Below are positions 11,863-25,473 of a stretch of DNA of 64,000 nucleotides, in pieces (within the stretch, counting starts at the first letter, position 1; the number at the start of each line of letters is the position of its first letter). The DNA is taken from assembly GCA_964106915.2 (NCBI GenBank), contig OZ066915.1. One strand, written 5' to 3'. Source of the DNA: Podarcis gaigeae (Eukaryota). Under the pieces are notes generated by a model. The model had not been told where the DNA came from, made no database searches, and saw only the letters and a list, made by a program, of their open reading frames with translations. Position numbers and translations under genes: made by a program.

Positions 11863-13094
11863 TAATTATTATTATTATTACCTTTAATTTTCTGGAATAT
11901 GTTCTCACTGAGGTTGAGTTGTTGTTGTTGGTTGTTTGTTTGTTTCCGCCAAAAAGCCTGGAATGTTTATTCTCCATCGACAGTATGGAAAGTGCGCGAC
12001 GTTGCTCTGTTCTTGTCCCCCCCTCACCCCATTATCAGTCACTAAAGAGCAGTCAGTCTTCTTTCTTCATGTTAAAGCGATCCATTTTTTAAAAGAAAAA
12101 AAAATGTCTTGTATATGTATATAATGTGGTGTCCGAATGATATGTACTGAATGCAGAATACATTTCTTAAAAATAAATCTCTCTCTTTCTTCCCCCCTCC
12201 CCTTTTTTTTCTGCCTCGGAAAACTCATATGGCTAGCTGACCTTATTTTTTTTGATACTAGGAGAAGTGGGGAGTTGATATCACCGCCACCCCTCAATTT
12301 TTTAAGAAAGGTTCAGATTTACGCAGACTGATCCACAATCCAATCCGGCTTTTTCCAGAAAGAAAGAAAAAAAAGAGAACCCAGATTCTCACATTGCTTC
12401 CTCAAGAGTAATTCCATTGTTGTCAATAGGACTACTCCAGGAGGGAAGCATGCGTCGAGAAGGCTTGCAGTGCAAACTGGGTTGGTTTTTCACCCCAGGT
12501 TTGTTGGGTTTTTTGGCTTATTTTTTTAGTTAAAAAACCCCCACACGTTTAGATGAGTGACTTATAAGTAGATCACATACGGATCCCAACCTGTTTCTCC
12601 CATGTACAGCCGACTGAAATCTATTGAGATAAAGGTGATGCGATGAGAACATTTGCAGGGAAATGGGGGGGGGGGGAGAGAAACTAACGTGGATATTTTA
12701 ACATTTTTTCATAGGAGGTATTGAATACGTTGTGAGATGCGCTTAGAAGACTTTCCATGGTTGTTTCAAATAGCGGACTGAATAGCTGGGACATGAGATA
12801 GGAAAGGGAGCCACACGCAGAAGATGGAGCAGCGCACCTCATTGAGAGGTGCTGTAGCAAGCGAATCTGGCATTTGACTTCATATCTTTATGGGAAATTA
12901 CTTTGCTGAAGGACCAGTAAACCACCCGGCCTTGCCCTGCCACAGAAAGCTCTACAGTATTTTGAAAAGGTCTCCTTTTGCCTCAACGAGTTCAACTACC
13001 GTCTCCTGAGAACTGTTGTAGCTCTGTGCGTCCTCATTCCGGAGCACGTCCTATTTAAGACTCTGGGACTGATTTTCGAATAAGAGGCGGGCGG

Positions 13095-13165
13095 TCTACT
13101 CGGCAGTAAGTCCCACTGAGCTCAGTGAGATTTGCTCCCTGTTTAGGGTGTATAGGATCGCAACC
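13095..13165. mobile_element. ~90-bp palindromic interspersed element copy
   Basis: CTACTCGGCAGTAAGTCCCACTGAGCTCAGTGAGATTTGCTCCC...TATAGGATCGCAACC, with a perfect central palindrome CACTGAGCTCAGTG at 13114-13127. Confidence 0.6.
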
Positions 13166-15756
13166 AGAGTGCTCAGCAGAGCAGGGCTCCAATCTTCTTA
13201 TATTCTTACTTGCGAATAAATACCGTGGTACCAGGTGAGATTTATACCTGAGTAAATACCTGTAGGGTTAGGTCCTGATTTCCAAAAGTGCATCTGCTGT
13301 CAGTTAGCGCTAAACCTTGCATATTAAATAAGTGAGGAGGGAAGTACCAGATCAAAAAAGCTCCTTGGAAATCCAAAGATCTCTTAAATCCACTCTCAGT
13401 AGTTGCTAGTTTTGTTTCCTTAGGCAAGACCTACCCTCCTTAATATTTGTTCCAATTAATTACATCGTAAAATTGTCAGCGGCAAACGCTTTGAAAGCGA
13501 TGTAGGCTAAGCCAATGTTGGTTTTACCTACATTGAGTGCCTATGGAGTCACCGATGTCCCGTACAACCGGTCCTGAGAGTGTTCCGTCGCTGACAGCAA
13601 GTGCGGGCAGATAGGTAGGAAGGTAGATTCGAGTACCTTTTAAAGATATCCTAAGATGCTTTTTGAATATGTTGCGTGTCCTACAGAATCCCTTCCTGCC
13701 CACGATCCTGTGTACTGTACTGCTGTGCTCACTTTTCAATTCCCTTAAAACTCTATGTGGATCAAGCTCCCTCGACGCTGCCGGGTTGTGATCCATTGTC
13801 TGCAGTGCAAAGGACGGTTAATAAAAAGAAGGGGGGCGCACGACAGGTTAATTAGGTACCTAATATCCCAAACCTTTGTTATGTGAAGACCGTTCAGAGT
13901 AAGTTAAATGGGGTATGTGAATCTTACGGGACTTGTTGCATCCAAGTCCTAATTCTGTTTACTACTAGCAGGAAAGCCTGACCAATATCAATGTAATGCA
14001 TTTCCAAGGAAGTATTCACAGAATGATGGCATTAGGCGCTTAACTTTCTATAAATTAGGCCCAAGAACATATGACCCCTTCCGCCTACGCACAGTAGACT
14101 CTTCGATGCCCTCTAATGATCAGAACCTTATAAAATTATCGCATATATTCAACAGCGTATGGATTGTCTACCATATTTTATGGAGGTCCACCACACTCAC
14201 AACCAGTAAAGATGGCCAAGAGAAGATGGGTGGATTCTCATTTCCCCTCCACCGAAATCAAATAGGCCCTGAAATCAACTCATCCAATCTGTTGTGAACT
14301 CTTAAATTTCTGAGATCTTCCCCAGCCCTCACCCCGCTTCCGCCTTCTTCATGTTCTTGGTACGTGGTGTAGAAGTACTCTTAAGACAACCCCCACTGGA
14401 CACGCCCTTCCCGTCTTAAATATAGAAACTATAAATATTCAACCGGGTTGGGTCCTTTGGCGGTTGTTTTTTAAACCCAGGTAGAAGGTGAAAAATAGAT
14501 CGGTTCAAGTTTCCTAACCTCAGCTGGGATTTGGGGTTTGACAATGATAATAAAAAATCTGGAAATATATATGGGCAGGAACCCCTCCTGAGTTTGGGAG
14601 ATCTAAAGATATCGCTCTGTTCAAGTCAAGTCCGATTAAGATAGAAAACCATGACTCTCCTCATATGGAATTCAGTCTCGTCTGGCCCAGTTTAGTCAGT
14701 TATGACCCCTGGACATGGACAAAGAGTTCTTATAGCAGGGTCTCGCTATGGGGTAATAGGAAGGGTATCTGAATTGCTGCTTACTGAAGTTCCATTACCT
14801 CTCCCTCTTCCCACAAGCCCACGACTCCATCTTAAATGCATTGATCAAAAAGTTCCGTTTTATTCCAATTGAAAATTATTCTCTTTAGGAATATGCCAGT
14901 TCACGGGATTTAACTATGCTGCGTTTAGCTAGAGTAGACCGTACCCCCGCCCCCCCTTTTTTACAGGCAAGACCCATTGATTTTCAAATAATATGCTTTT
15001 GGACCCCCTTAACCTAAGCAACTGAACCTACTATTGATAAAACCCAAAAGCAATTGATTGCAGACCCAACCTAAACTTGATGAATTAAGAGCAAGCCAAT
15101 AAGCCTAAATATACTTATATGGGTTGAAGTTGCGATGTAGTCAGTACAATGCGTTCAGGCGGTACAGCAGTTGATTTCGCAACCCCTTTAAGCCTAGATA
15201 TTGAGATAGCGACGCCATTTTGTCTTCAGTTTCCACTAATATCGACTGAGGTCCCTTTTTTTTAGCTTAGCTGGCCTGTACATCGGACTGTGTATCTGCT
15301 TAAATCCAACGATTCCAGTTTCAGTTGTGCATATAAGAACTGCTCGTTACTTTCAAGTTACAGACTTGATTGCTTCATATTGTGAGTTGGTTATTGTTTT
15401 CGGCTTGTTCCCTCTTCTTATGTCTGAAAGAAAGCGCTTTATGTCTAAAAACAATATCAACAGCCAAATAAAGAATTTAAATTGGGAAAGAGAGCAAAAT
15501 GTACCATATTTAAACATCTCCTCCTCGCCCCCCGCAAAATACAAAACTCTTGTAGTTTCTCTGAGCTCCTGGAGAAATTTATTTTTGTTTGCTTTATTAC
15601 ATACAGATTATATACCGCTAGATTGTAAGAAAATACATCAAAGCGGTTTACAAACGTATTAGATGGCCCTTCTATCCGCCGTCCCCTCCAAGTTAACAGG
15701 AGGACGTGGGGCAACAGCACTAAATGTTGCCGATCAAATTCTGCCCGAGTTCTTGA

Positions 15757-16070
15757 AGCTGATTTATTCATGTCTACTCAGAAGTAAGACTCACTGAGTT
15801 CACTGGGACTCACTCCTAGGTAAGCGTGTCTACCACTGCAGACTCGGGTTTTCTTCTTAAAACTGGTGCCCACTTCATTCTGCAAATTATTTAAAGGGAA
15901 ATTAGTCCCCTAAAACCTTCCAAAATAAATGATCTTTTGAATGAAGAACTGGGAGTTCAGACCCATTGACTGAAGGAATAAGCAACCCAATTCTATGTGT
16001 GCTTACTCGGAAGCAAATCCCCAGTGAATTTCCATGTGGCTCACTCCGAACCTTGCAAAGGATTGCAGCC
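15757..16070. mobile_element. Two ~90-bp palindromic element copies (15757-15842, 15981-16070)
   Basis: CATGTCTACTCAGAAGTAAGACTCACTGAGTTCACTGGGACTCACTCC and GCTTACTCGGAAGCAAATCCCCAGTGAATTTCCATGTGGCTCACTCC...AGGATTGCAGCC share the family pattern. Confidence 0.55.
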
Positions 16071-19000
16071 TTAGGCTTTGCATGCTGTGGGTTTCGATTA
16101 ACGTATCTTCCTTTAATGTTAACTTCGAGGATATATTCAAAAGCACCCTTACTTCCACCTAAGTATGTTGAAGATCGGGGTGCGACTCCTACCAACTTCA
16201 CACACTAGCAGGTTGGCAGATCCAGTCGCTCCTCTTCAGATCTTGTTGAGCACTTTGCTTTGGGTTAAGTTGAGAAGGACACAGGGCAGCATCCCTGGGT
16301 CCAGCCCCCTGCAATTGGAGGGGTGGCAACTCTCTCTATCTTGCTTCACTCAAATCCGAATCGCTATCAGTTCGATCCAGGCTAATTGGAAAGGGGCTTC
16401 ATTGATCTTTCGGAGTTCATAATAACTCGAGATGTTACAGCCAGAAGAGGACTCTTGGCATCTTCCATACCATTCAATAGTACCCCCTATATGGGAATCG
16501 GATTTTCGTGTACTACTATATCGCTCGCTCCCCATATTTACTGAACTTAAACACCCACACCCAATAATTTTAAATGTACATCTGTGATCGGCATAGAAAT
16601 GTGTTGTGTCTTGGACTAGCCTCGAGTTTTCTTAGCTTTGGGACACACACTTCGTAAAACTCGCTCGGCACCTCTACATACCCATGTTTATTACCTGTAT
16701 AACAACTTAGGTGACCCCTTGAGAGTATCTCCAGAAGTGGAGTCTACGAAGGGCTTGAGCAACAGTGTCTTCTAAGGTGCTGCAGAATTGTGTTGCTGCA
16801 GAATTGTACCAGAACTCACCTCACTTCCTACCGCATCCTAAAAGTGTCGCAATCCGGAGAAGAGTTGTATGAAAGTGATCAATGGATGAAGCCAGAAACA
16901 ATTCATTTTGAGGGCGTTGAAGTGCGTCCCAGAATCACCAGCACCAGGCACTTTGGCTGCTGATTTCAAGGGAATATGGACGTCTAAAGAGTCAATGTAC
17001 ACAAATGAAGAAACTTTATAAAAATACTAAAAGTGCATGGAATAAAGCGTCTGCTCAGGCACACACGCGCACTCTCCTATGGGTATATATGTTTGTCTGT
17101 CTCTGTTTGTCTCCTTCCATCTATCCACCCTTCTATCCTTCCCCTAATAAAAGAGATACCTTAAAGACCAGGGTTCGAGGAAATCAAAAGATTTCTGCAT
17201 CATGTGTTGGTACCCTCTTAGGTCCCTTTCCGCCATTCCTTTTCTCACTGCTGTATAAATTTTACTTCCTCTTGTTTTCCTTCCTTCTCTAAACATTAAC
17301 AGGCACCTGTGATCGTAAAGAAGCACTCGTGTCTCTACAACCTTCACCATCTTTGGGGAGGCAGAAGAGGAAGGAGAAAAGATATTGTAAAAAGTGAAGC
17401 CTAGTCTCCGACAAACCTACCAGTACAATTGACCAGTGCTGTGGGCCTGGAACCTGTTTGTAATCTAATTAATGTATTTGCACCCAGAATTCTCAACCTT
17501 TTGGGGGGTGGGGAGTTAGGAGGCGGGGTTGTCAGTGGATTTCACAGACATGGAAGATGGTCTTGTTTCCCCTCTCCTTCCCATTTCTCCCTGAATGCAC
17601 AGGGACCGTCCACCGTCCACCTTGTGCTGAGTAAGTTTGTTGGTCGTTGGTCGTTGGTGTTGGTTGGGAACGCTCTAACGTCACTGCTGGGCTAGCCTTG
17701 ACCGTGACTATGCGGCCTATTTGACCTTGACATCACCAGCTTCACGCATAATACTCAACAAGGCTAGAGCCTTGATCTTCCTGCAACAACTCAGGACTTG
17801 ATCTTCTAGCAGCAACTCAGGGGCTGATCTTCTCCAAAGTGTCCCTTGCTTCTGTTTACAGATAAACAAGGTGTCGTTTCAAGTCTAGACAGACGGCCTA
17901 ATGACCAACAATAAAGGCATGAAAAGGAAGCTTCCCAGGTTTAGCCTTTTCTTTCCTTTGTATTAAGTGCTTTGAGTAGCTCCTTAACTATGGGCTTTCA
18001 TAGTAAAAGGCGCCCCCTCTTTCCTCCGTTTTCCCATTTCCTAGTCATGTATCACTTGCACTTGAAGTTGTTGTTTTTTAAAGTTTTTAAAGTTGGTGTT
18101 TTGTACGGAGGGAGGGGGAAGCTTGCTCTCACACCAAGCTATAAGCTGAGGTAAGTTGCTAAATCGCTGTACTCTTCATCATCTTCCTTCCTTCGTACCC
18201 TCAGTCCAGGAAATTACATTTAGAATTGTTTTATTAATAAAAGAGGGTGAGATATGCACACCATACCAGTGAAGTATGTTCCATAAATCCATAGATCTAT
18301 GAGAGAGAGAATAAGAGAGAGAGAGTTGCCTTAGATTGCTTTATTTTGTCACCCTTTAACAAAAGTTTGAGAAAACTTTTGGATATTGAGATCCAAAGTT
18401 TTCTGCTTGGAAGTGAGCCCAATTGAGAGCAAGGAGATTTATTTCAATGTATTTAGAATTGAATTGATTTCTCTGCTCCATAAAAGCACATTGCACAGCA
18501 AGGCAGGACGATATACAGATGTAGATAAACATCCCTCCAAACAAAGGAAACCCTTATAATTATTTTGTCTTCGCCTTCTATGGGATATACTTTTGCTTCA
18601 CTGAAGATGCAGACAGTTGTTTACATAAATCCAGCAGGAGAATGATAGCCTCTGCTGGCAGTGTTGGGGAAAATGTAGCTGCATCATAAGCATTTAACTC
18701 TTCAATGCACAGAGAGAGACTATAGACGGAACTTCTAATTTGATTTCAAAGTCCATGCAAAACGCTTTTAAATCTAATTTTATATATGCTTTCCAAAGGA
18801 TTTACTCTTTCTGCATTTCTTTTGCTGTATCTATTTCATTCTGTTACTCCCTTCCATCTTTTCTCCCCGTCTGCATTTCATAAGAACTATCCAATTTGAT
18901 CTATTCAAGCTTTCACACTCAGATAGCTAAAACAGAATAATTTCCATAAACATTGGTGGTCCTTATCAACCTTTAGAGACCACTTGTAAGGTCCACTCTT

Positions 19001-19491
19001 AATAAGTATATTCTGTTAGTCTCAAAAAGGCCATTTTCAAGGATGGAATGGTGTCAGTAGATGGTCTGAGGTGTTGTTTATTTTTTTAATTTTAATTTTA
19101 GTGATCAAGCTATTCAATTAAATTAGGACTGCAGGCGGAGTTTGGGTTTTGCCTGGTAACATACTCACAAAAGAGAAGTTGAGACTATGTCAATTGGGTG
19201 TTAAAAAGGAAGCGGGGGAAATAGAAGGCGGTATAGTTTTTATGTTGGGGAAAGGAATTTTCCGCTAGAAGGTTAAGTTCAATTGTATTTTCTTGCAGCA
19301 ACTTCCAGGTCTTCCTGAGTCCATTTTTAATGTAATTTTAAACAACATTTTGGGGAATCAGGTATAGGATGGCACTATATGAACTTGCGGGGGTTTTAAT
19401 CGGGAGAAGCTTAGGCAGTGGTAAAGAGCTGCTGGAAGCAGAAATCTAAAAATAAAGAAAGTGAAAAGTTGAGGGCATAGGGAGTATAATC

Positions 19492-19492
<1 letters not shown>

Positions 19493-19568
<76 letters not shown>
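19493..19568. repeat. Compound (GT)n(GA)n microsatellite
   Basis: Read directly from the sequence. Confidence 0.95.
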
Positions 19569-19573
<5 letters not shown>

Positions 19574-22500
19574 ACTTTATTGAAGATCTTAGAATGCTGA
19601 AGATAACATTGGAACAAAGCTTCGGAAAGAGGCGACGGGGAAGAGCAAGCTGTCCCCCCACCCAGTGAGGGTCTTTTTTCTCTCTGTCTCCCTTTCTCTC
19701 TCCTCTGGCAAGAGCTGGTGTTCTTTCAAGACAGTCATTTGCATAAGATGTAGAGCCCATTTAATACACTAGACAGTGACCTTGAACTGGCTCAAGCGCC
19801 ATCTCGGCTCGGATTCGACTTTCTGTGAGCACCCTATTTTCAAAGGATCATTAAGGGAGCTTTCCGCTGGTTCTGCAGAAATATCCAAAATGCCTTTAGA
19901 GCAAAGACAGGCGATGGGGGGAAATTTCGAAACATTTCTCTCCTCCATAACGTTATGCCTTCATAGTAGATTTCAGGCCTGTTAGTATTAATTTTTTTCC
20001 TCGATAGCTACTGCTGTTGCTGAATGTCTGTATGTCTGAGGGGGGGTTGGGGGGAGGTCTAGGGTATTTGATGTGATAGTAATTTTAAAAAAAGAAATCC
20101 GATGTGAACGTAGAAATGCATGGAACTGGGTCCCTGGGGGGGGGGGGGACGCATCTCTGAATCCCTCAAGAAAGAGTCTGATATGTATATTCCCTCCAAA
20201 AGAATATATCCCCCTTCTTCTTCTAAATTAGTAATATAAATTATTCATGAAAAAGCCTTAGTCGAGTCTTTAGAATGTTTTATTTTAAGGTCCGCTGTAA
20301 AGTAATTACATTCTCTTGCTGCAAGTAAACGGGGTGGATTAAAAAAAGAAAAGAAAAGACAATCATAACCGTCAGATTATTATCATCATCATTATTTTCC
20401 CACCGAAATGGGCATCCTTACTGGCAATAAATAGATTATCACAGAAACCTGGAGACATTAAACACCGTCACCGAGACTCACCCCCCACCCTTGGCTCCTT
20501 TGGACCTCCGACATCATTTATTCCAGTGTGAACCGCTGCAAAGGGTGCAATGAGGAGGGCCGGTGTTTCCAAATAAAATAATACTAATAAAGCTTTATCA
20601 TTGTTAAACCGGCCAGAAATATATCAACGTGTCACGCTGTGTACCTGTGAACCTGCTTTCCTGATGTTATGGGCTGCGGTCTTGACAGAGTCAACCGGCT
20701 TCTAGCCCACTGAATTCAACAAGAGTTGAAAAGGTCTCGCGGTGGACACGATTGCAGCCAAACCGAGAGATACCACCAGGTTTTTATTCTTGGGTTTTAA
20801 GATGGTTCGAGACCTGCTGCCAACGAGAACAATCTGGGTTTCTCTCTCTCTCTTTATTCTTGAGAGGGTGGGGCGTTATCTCATAAGATAGAAACGATAC
20901 GGTCTTCTTGGATGGCAAACCTCGGTGCCTCTACAACTATTGTTATCTCTTCCCCTCGCTGTTAGAGCGAGTGAAAGAAGGATTAAAATGTCTCCGCGAG
21001 GCTAAAGTTAATGTTCCGGTGTCGATAAGAGAACAAAGCCACGAAGACTGTTGGAGAATGTAAGGTAGAATGATTAAAACAAAGAACGATTATTATTTTT
21101 CCCTAAAAGAGGTCCAAATTTATACTCGGTCTGCGGCGATCATGCGCTTGCTGGCTCTAAAACGGTTTACTCCGTCAAGAGATATGCACTATCTCCATTT
21201 AAAATCAAAGAAGTGCAAGGAACTGCACCTGAATTTTTAAAATAATAATAATAATAATGTACTAACCTTAAGTAAGGACGGGTTAACAGTGTTTAGCCGG
21301 ATACAAAGATCTCACATTAAGGTACGTATCTGCCCGAAAAGGATGCCCGCTTACACATAGGTGTATGAGGAGCATGTTGGAAGAGAAATTTGGGGTATTA
21401 GGGAGCTGGCCCTTTAATAGAACTAGGAAAGAAAAGTGTTTATTTGATTAACACGTGATTTTCCCCCTTCCTACATAGCTGGCAGAGCTAAAGTACGGAG
21501 CGTGTCGGGAGAAGGGGGAGTAGCCATTAATGTAAAGGAAGTCCCGGGTAATGTATTCCGAGGGATTTCAATAACACCGGGGTTTTGCGCATCAATATAG
21601 GGGTTAGGTTGCTATTGTTTAAATAAAAATAAAAATAAAGGTATGTAGCCGTCCATTCCTCATGTTGGTTTTCTTATATGGGGTAGGGTGTCGAGGGTTC
21701 GGTGCCTTCGACAAGACCTCCGACAAATCAGTTTTTACGTATACATGAGTATTTACGGTAATTTGTCGTCGAATTCTGTAGTCTTGGAAGTTGGTAGCAG
21801 AGAAAATTCCTCCGATCTTCTTTTTTTTTGGGGGGGGCGGCTTGGCATGCAGTCCCCATAAATATATATATATATACCCCCTTTCCCATAAGATAACCTC
21901 TCTCCCCTTTGTTCTCCACGAAGCTTAGTTCTGATCATTCCTAAATCGGGATTGCTTTTTAAGGTTCCTTTCTCAAAGCGAGATCTCTCTGACACAGTAT
22001 ATCGGATTTCTGAAGAGGACGCCCCCAGCAGTCTCTCTCCTAGACAGAACCAGCTCTTATTTTCGGGGTCCCCTCCCTCCCTCCTTCCTCTAGCTCAGAG
22101 CTTTAGAAAGGACCGATTCGTCCCACTTTGAGTGGGTACTAATTGAAGGTCCGCTAACGCGTCCTCCTCACTGTTATTTCAGGTGAGCGGAGCGGATAAA
22201 ACGACGCCCCCCCCCCCCGCCAGCTCCCTTTGTTTTAATGTATCTAATTTTCATAAGGGTGATCATTCCTTTTTTTAAAGCCCTCAGAAATTGGCCGTGG
22301 CAATGTTTGCCCACCCACCCCCCAGAAAAAACGCACACACAAATTCACCCTAACTAGGCTGTTGGATTGCTTTAAAAAAAAAAAATAAACAGAATTGGGG
22401 GGGGAGGCGGCGCAGAGGCAGAAGCCCCCCGCACTCCGCCCTGTTAAAGGTGGAAATGTTGAAGAGATTTAAAAACTCTTTCGCCCTATCATCTGTAAAT

Positions 22501-22879
22501 ATGAGCCTGTTGCGGTTAGACTCATTCGTCTCCTTAAAGAGCCTGTAAACTTTATATGACACAATATCTAATAGTAATTTATTGAGAGATATTGTAAATT
22601 TCAACTGTTTTAGTTAATAAAGGAGCTAATTAATGAGAAAATTGCTTAATTTTGCCAGCTGTTGAAGGGACCCTAAAAGCAGCTGGGGGAGAAGGGTGTC
22701 ATTTCTTTAAGGTGAAGGGGGGGGGATAATATTTTTTATTTTTTACAGTGCTTTGGGTTTCTCAGGCCAGTGCTTAAAGCCCGTTGTTTTATTTTATAAA
22801 ATGTTTTATGATTTTTTTAAAAAGCATATAAAAAACCGAAAGGCAGAACTTAGTGTTTTGTTTTGTCTCAAATTGCTAA

Positions 22880-23015
22880 AGGTGGGTGGCACCCTTTCTC
22901 CAACGCAAGTTGGCGCCCACGTGACCCCTGCGGACCAATAGGGTGGACCTTTAGGTTTAACTATGTTTAATGTCAGATAGCAATAAACTAGAAGCTCTTG
23001 GTCAGGCCCGCGGAA
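22880..23015 (+). promoter_or_regulatory. HOXC12 proximal promoter / 5' leader
   Basis: CACGTGAC E-box at 22918-22925 followed by a GACCAATAG CCAAT box. Confidence 0.6.
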
Positions 23016-23580
23016 ATGGGCGAACATAATCTCCTTAATCCTGGGTTTGTGGGACCGTTGGTGAACATCCATACGGGAGACACCTTCTATTTCCCAAATT
23101 TCCGAGCCTCCGGAGGACAGCTGCCCGGCTTGCCGTCTCTCTCCTACCCAAGAAGGGACAATGTCTGTTCTCTGCCCTGGGCATCCTCAGAACCCTGCAA
23201 CGGATACCCCCAGCCCTATCTCAGCAGCCCCGTGTCTATTAACCCTTCCTTCAGCCGAGCCTGCGACCTAGCTAGAGTGGAAGAGAGCAAGTGCTACTAT
23301 AGGGAGGCGTGCTCCGAGAACGCTCCCCTCAAAAGGGAAGAGAGGGTTAGGGACAATGCCTTGATGCCTCTCGAATCGGGGATCCCCAATGGAATGAGCG
23401 GCAGTTTCGGCAAATTTGACTATCCGGCTCCCGAGGCGGTGCCCCACGATCCCCCCTCTTGTCAGTCTTTGGAGTCAGACTCCAGCTCCTCCTTACTCAA
23501 TGAAGGCAATAAGGGCGCCACCAGCGAGCCGTCCACAATGGTTTCCCCTATCAACCAAGGAAGCAATCTTTCCGCTGGGG
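23016..23580 (+). CDS. HOXC12: Homeobox protein Hox-C12, coding exon 1
   Basis: [53 protein letters not shown]...[14 protein letters not shown] is the HOXC12 signature. ATG is at 23016 (the ORF track starts at an upstream TTG). Donor GGG|GTAAGA at 23580/23581. Confidence 0.97.
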
Positions 23581-25234
23581 GTAAGAACGTGCGACCAGGA
23601 AATATATATATATATATATATACGAATAAGAAAAGCGAATTTATGCAATGCCTCTTCTTTATTTTATTCTTATTTTGTGTTCTCTCTCTCTCTCTCTCTC
23701 TATTTCTCTCTCTTACGCGCGCGCGCTCTCTCGCTTGAAAAAGTCTGCTCGCGACTCTTGCTGTTATAAATTCCATGAAATTAGCAGCTGGGACTGAAGC
23801 ATGTCTATTTGTGCCGAGGCCACTAGGGGTAGCACTCAAATGCCTCGTGCTTTATTAGGTGCTGCTTCTTTTAAAAGAAAAGCCTATAAACATGTAAATA
23901 TCCCATAAAAGAGATCGCGATGGCCCAGATAGACAGATTTTCATGCCTCTCTCTCTGTCTCTCTCTCCACCCTCCTCCCGAATCCGAACAGGCACGCTAC
24001 ATGCCGGACAATTTGCCACTGGGTGCGTGAAGCTTTTGCAACAGAAATGAAATGTAGAAGTGTGTGTGATTGTATTCGGAAGATCTGGTAGAAGTCTGAC
24101 TGCAGGGCTGGGAGGGCTAAACTTCCACGGGTTTTCTGTCCCCGGTGAGATTAGCCACCCTGGGTAAAAACCCATTTTAAGGATGGTGCCAAGCTCTAAG
24201 CTCTGCATTAAAAAAAAGAAAAAGAAACAAACACCCTGGTTTTCAAAACCCAATTCTCGCCTTCCCGCCATCCCAGCCTATCCCCATACAAAACCGGGAA
24301 GGTTCTATAAAGAAAAGTATATATCTCCACGCAATGCTGAGACACCATTTGCCAAAATACAAAAAACAAAAAACAAAACAAAAAAACAAACCCAACCCAA
24401 ACAAACTCTCTCTCATAAAGCTTCCCGTTATGTGCTGATCCTCTGGTGAGCAAATACTTCCAGGAACAAGGACCAGTTGGTTCTCGTCTCCTGTGAAGCG
24501 TCCCTGGCTGCTGGAGATGTTTCATTCCCTCTGCAGAATCTGGCTTTGGGACTCTGAAAACAGAGGCTTCCTCGTCCTTAAACTTCAGATCTGACATCTC
24601 CTAAACCGGATACCTAAGGCATGCCAGCCCATCTGGTGCCTTGAGGTCTTACACGGTAACCACAGAGACACTCTAGCATTCATTCTAGCTGGTGGTGCTG
24701 GTACTTTTTGGCTGTTCGGGATCCGTAAGAGCTAGCTTAGGTTGCTTAATTTTCTGTAAGATAAATAAGCAAAAGTTGCCATCGGTTATAAAAGTCCAGC
24801 GGTGTGTGAGTGTGTGTGTGTGTGTGGGTGGGTGTGGGTGTGGGTGTGTGAGAGAGAGAGAACCCTAACTAGTTTTTTTAAGGTCTCTCCTTAAATCCTA
24901 ATAGTTCCGAAAACCTGCAATGTATGACTTATGTGGTATGCGTGGTGACACAGGAGTCCAGGAGCTTGGAATCTAAAACGAAGATGTAAAGGTCTTCTTC
25001 CCACCCATCCTCCTTTCTCTCGAAGTTAAAGCATCTTTACTGGATTGCGCATTAGAAACGTGTATCTCATATTATTAAATAACTAGCCATGTGTGGGTCA
25101 AAAAGGGAGGGGGGAAGCATTCCCTTTTTTAAAGTGTTACCCGCTCCCCTTTTTCTTTTCTTTTCGTTTATTTCTTTCTCTATCTCTCTTCCCCTCCATG
25201 TGTTTAAATCTCCTTTCCATCACGCTGTTCTTAG

Positions 25235-25473
25235 GTGCTCCCTGGTACCCGATGCACACAAGGTCCCGGAAAAAGCGAAAACCCTATTCTAAACTACAGC
25301 TAGCGGAGCTGGAAGGGGAGTTTATGGTCAATGAATTCATTACTCGCCAAAGAAGGAGGGAGCTTTCAGATCGGTTAAACCTGAGTGACCAGCAGGTGAA
25401 GATCTGGTTCCAGAACCGGCGTATGAAAAAGAAAAGACTCCTCCTGAGAGAGCAAGCCCTTTCCTTCTTTTAA
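25235..25473 (+). CDS. HOXC12: Homeobox protein Hox-C12, coding exon 2 (homeodomain)
   Basis: Acceptor TTCTTAG|GT, then [79 protein letters not shown]-stop. Spliced CDS is 804 nt. Confidence 0.98.

Noticed and set aside
18955-19035. Possible inverted Penelope-end fragments (ACCTTTAGAGAC ... TGTTAGTCTCAAA)
   Set aside because: Similarity is too short and degenerate to support.
23819-23836. CTCF-like GCCACTAGGGGTAGCA in the HOXC12 intron
   Set aside because: Lacks the conserved GGC at the 3' end of the core, so it is too weak without a PWM score.
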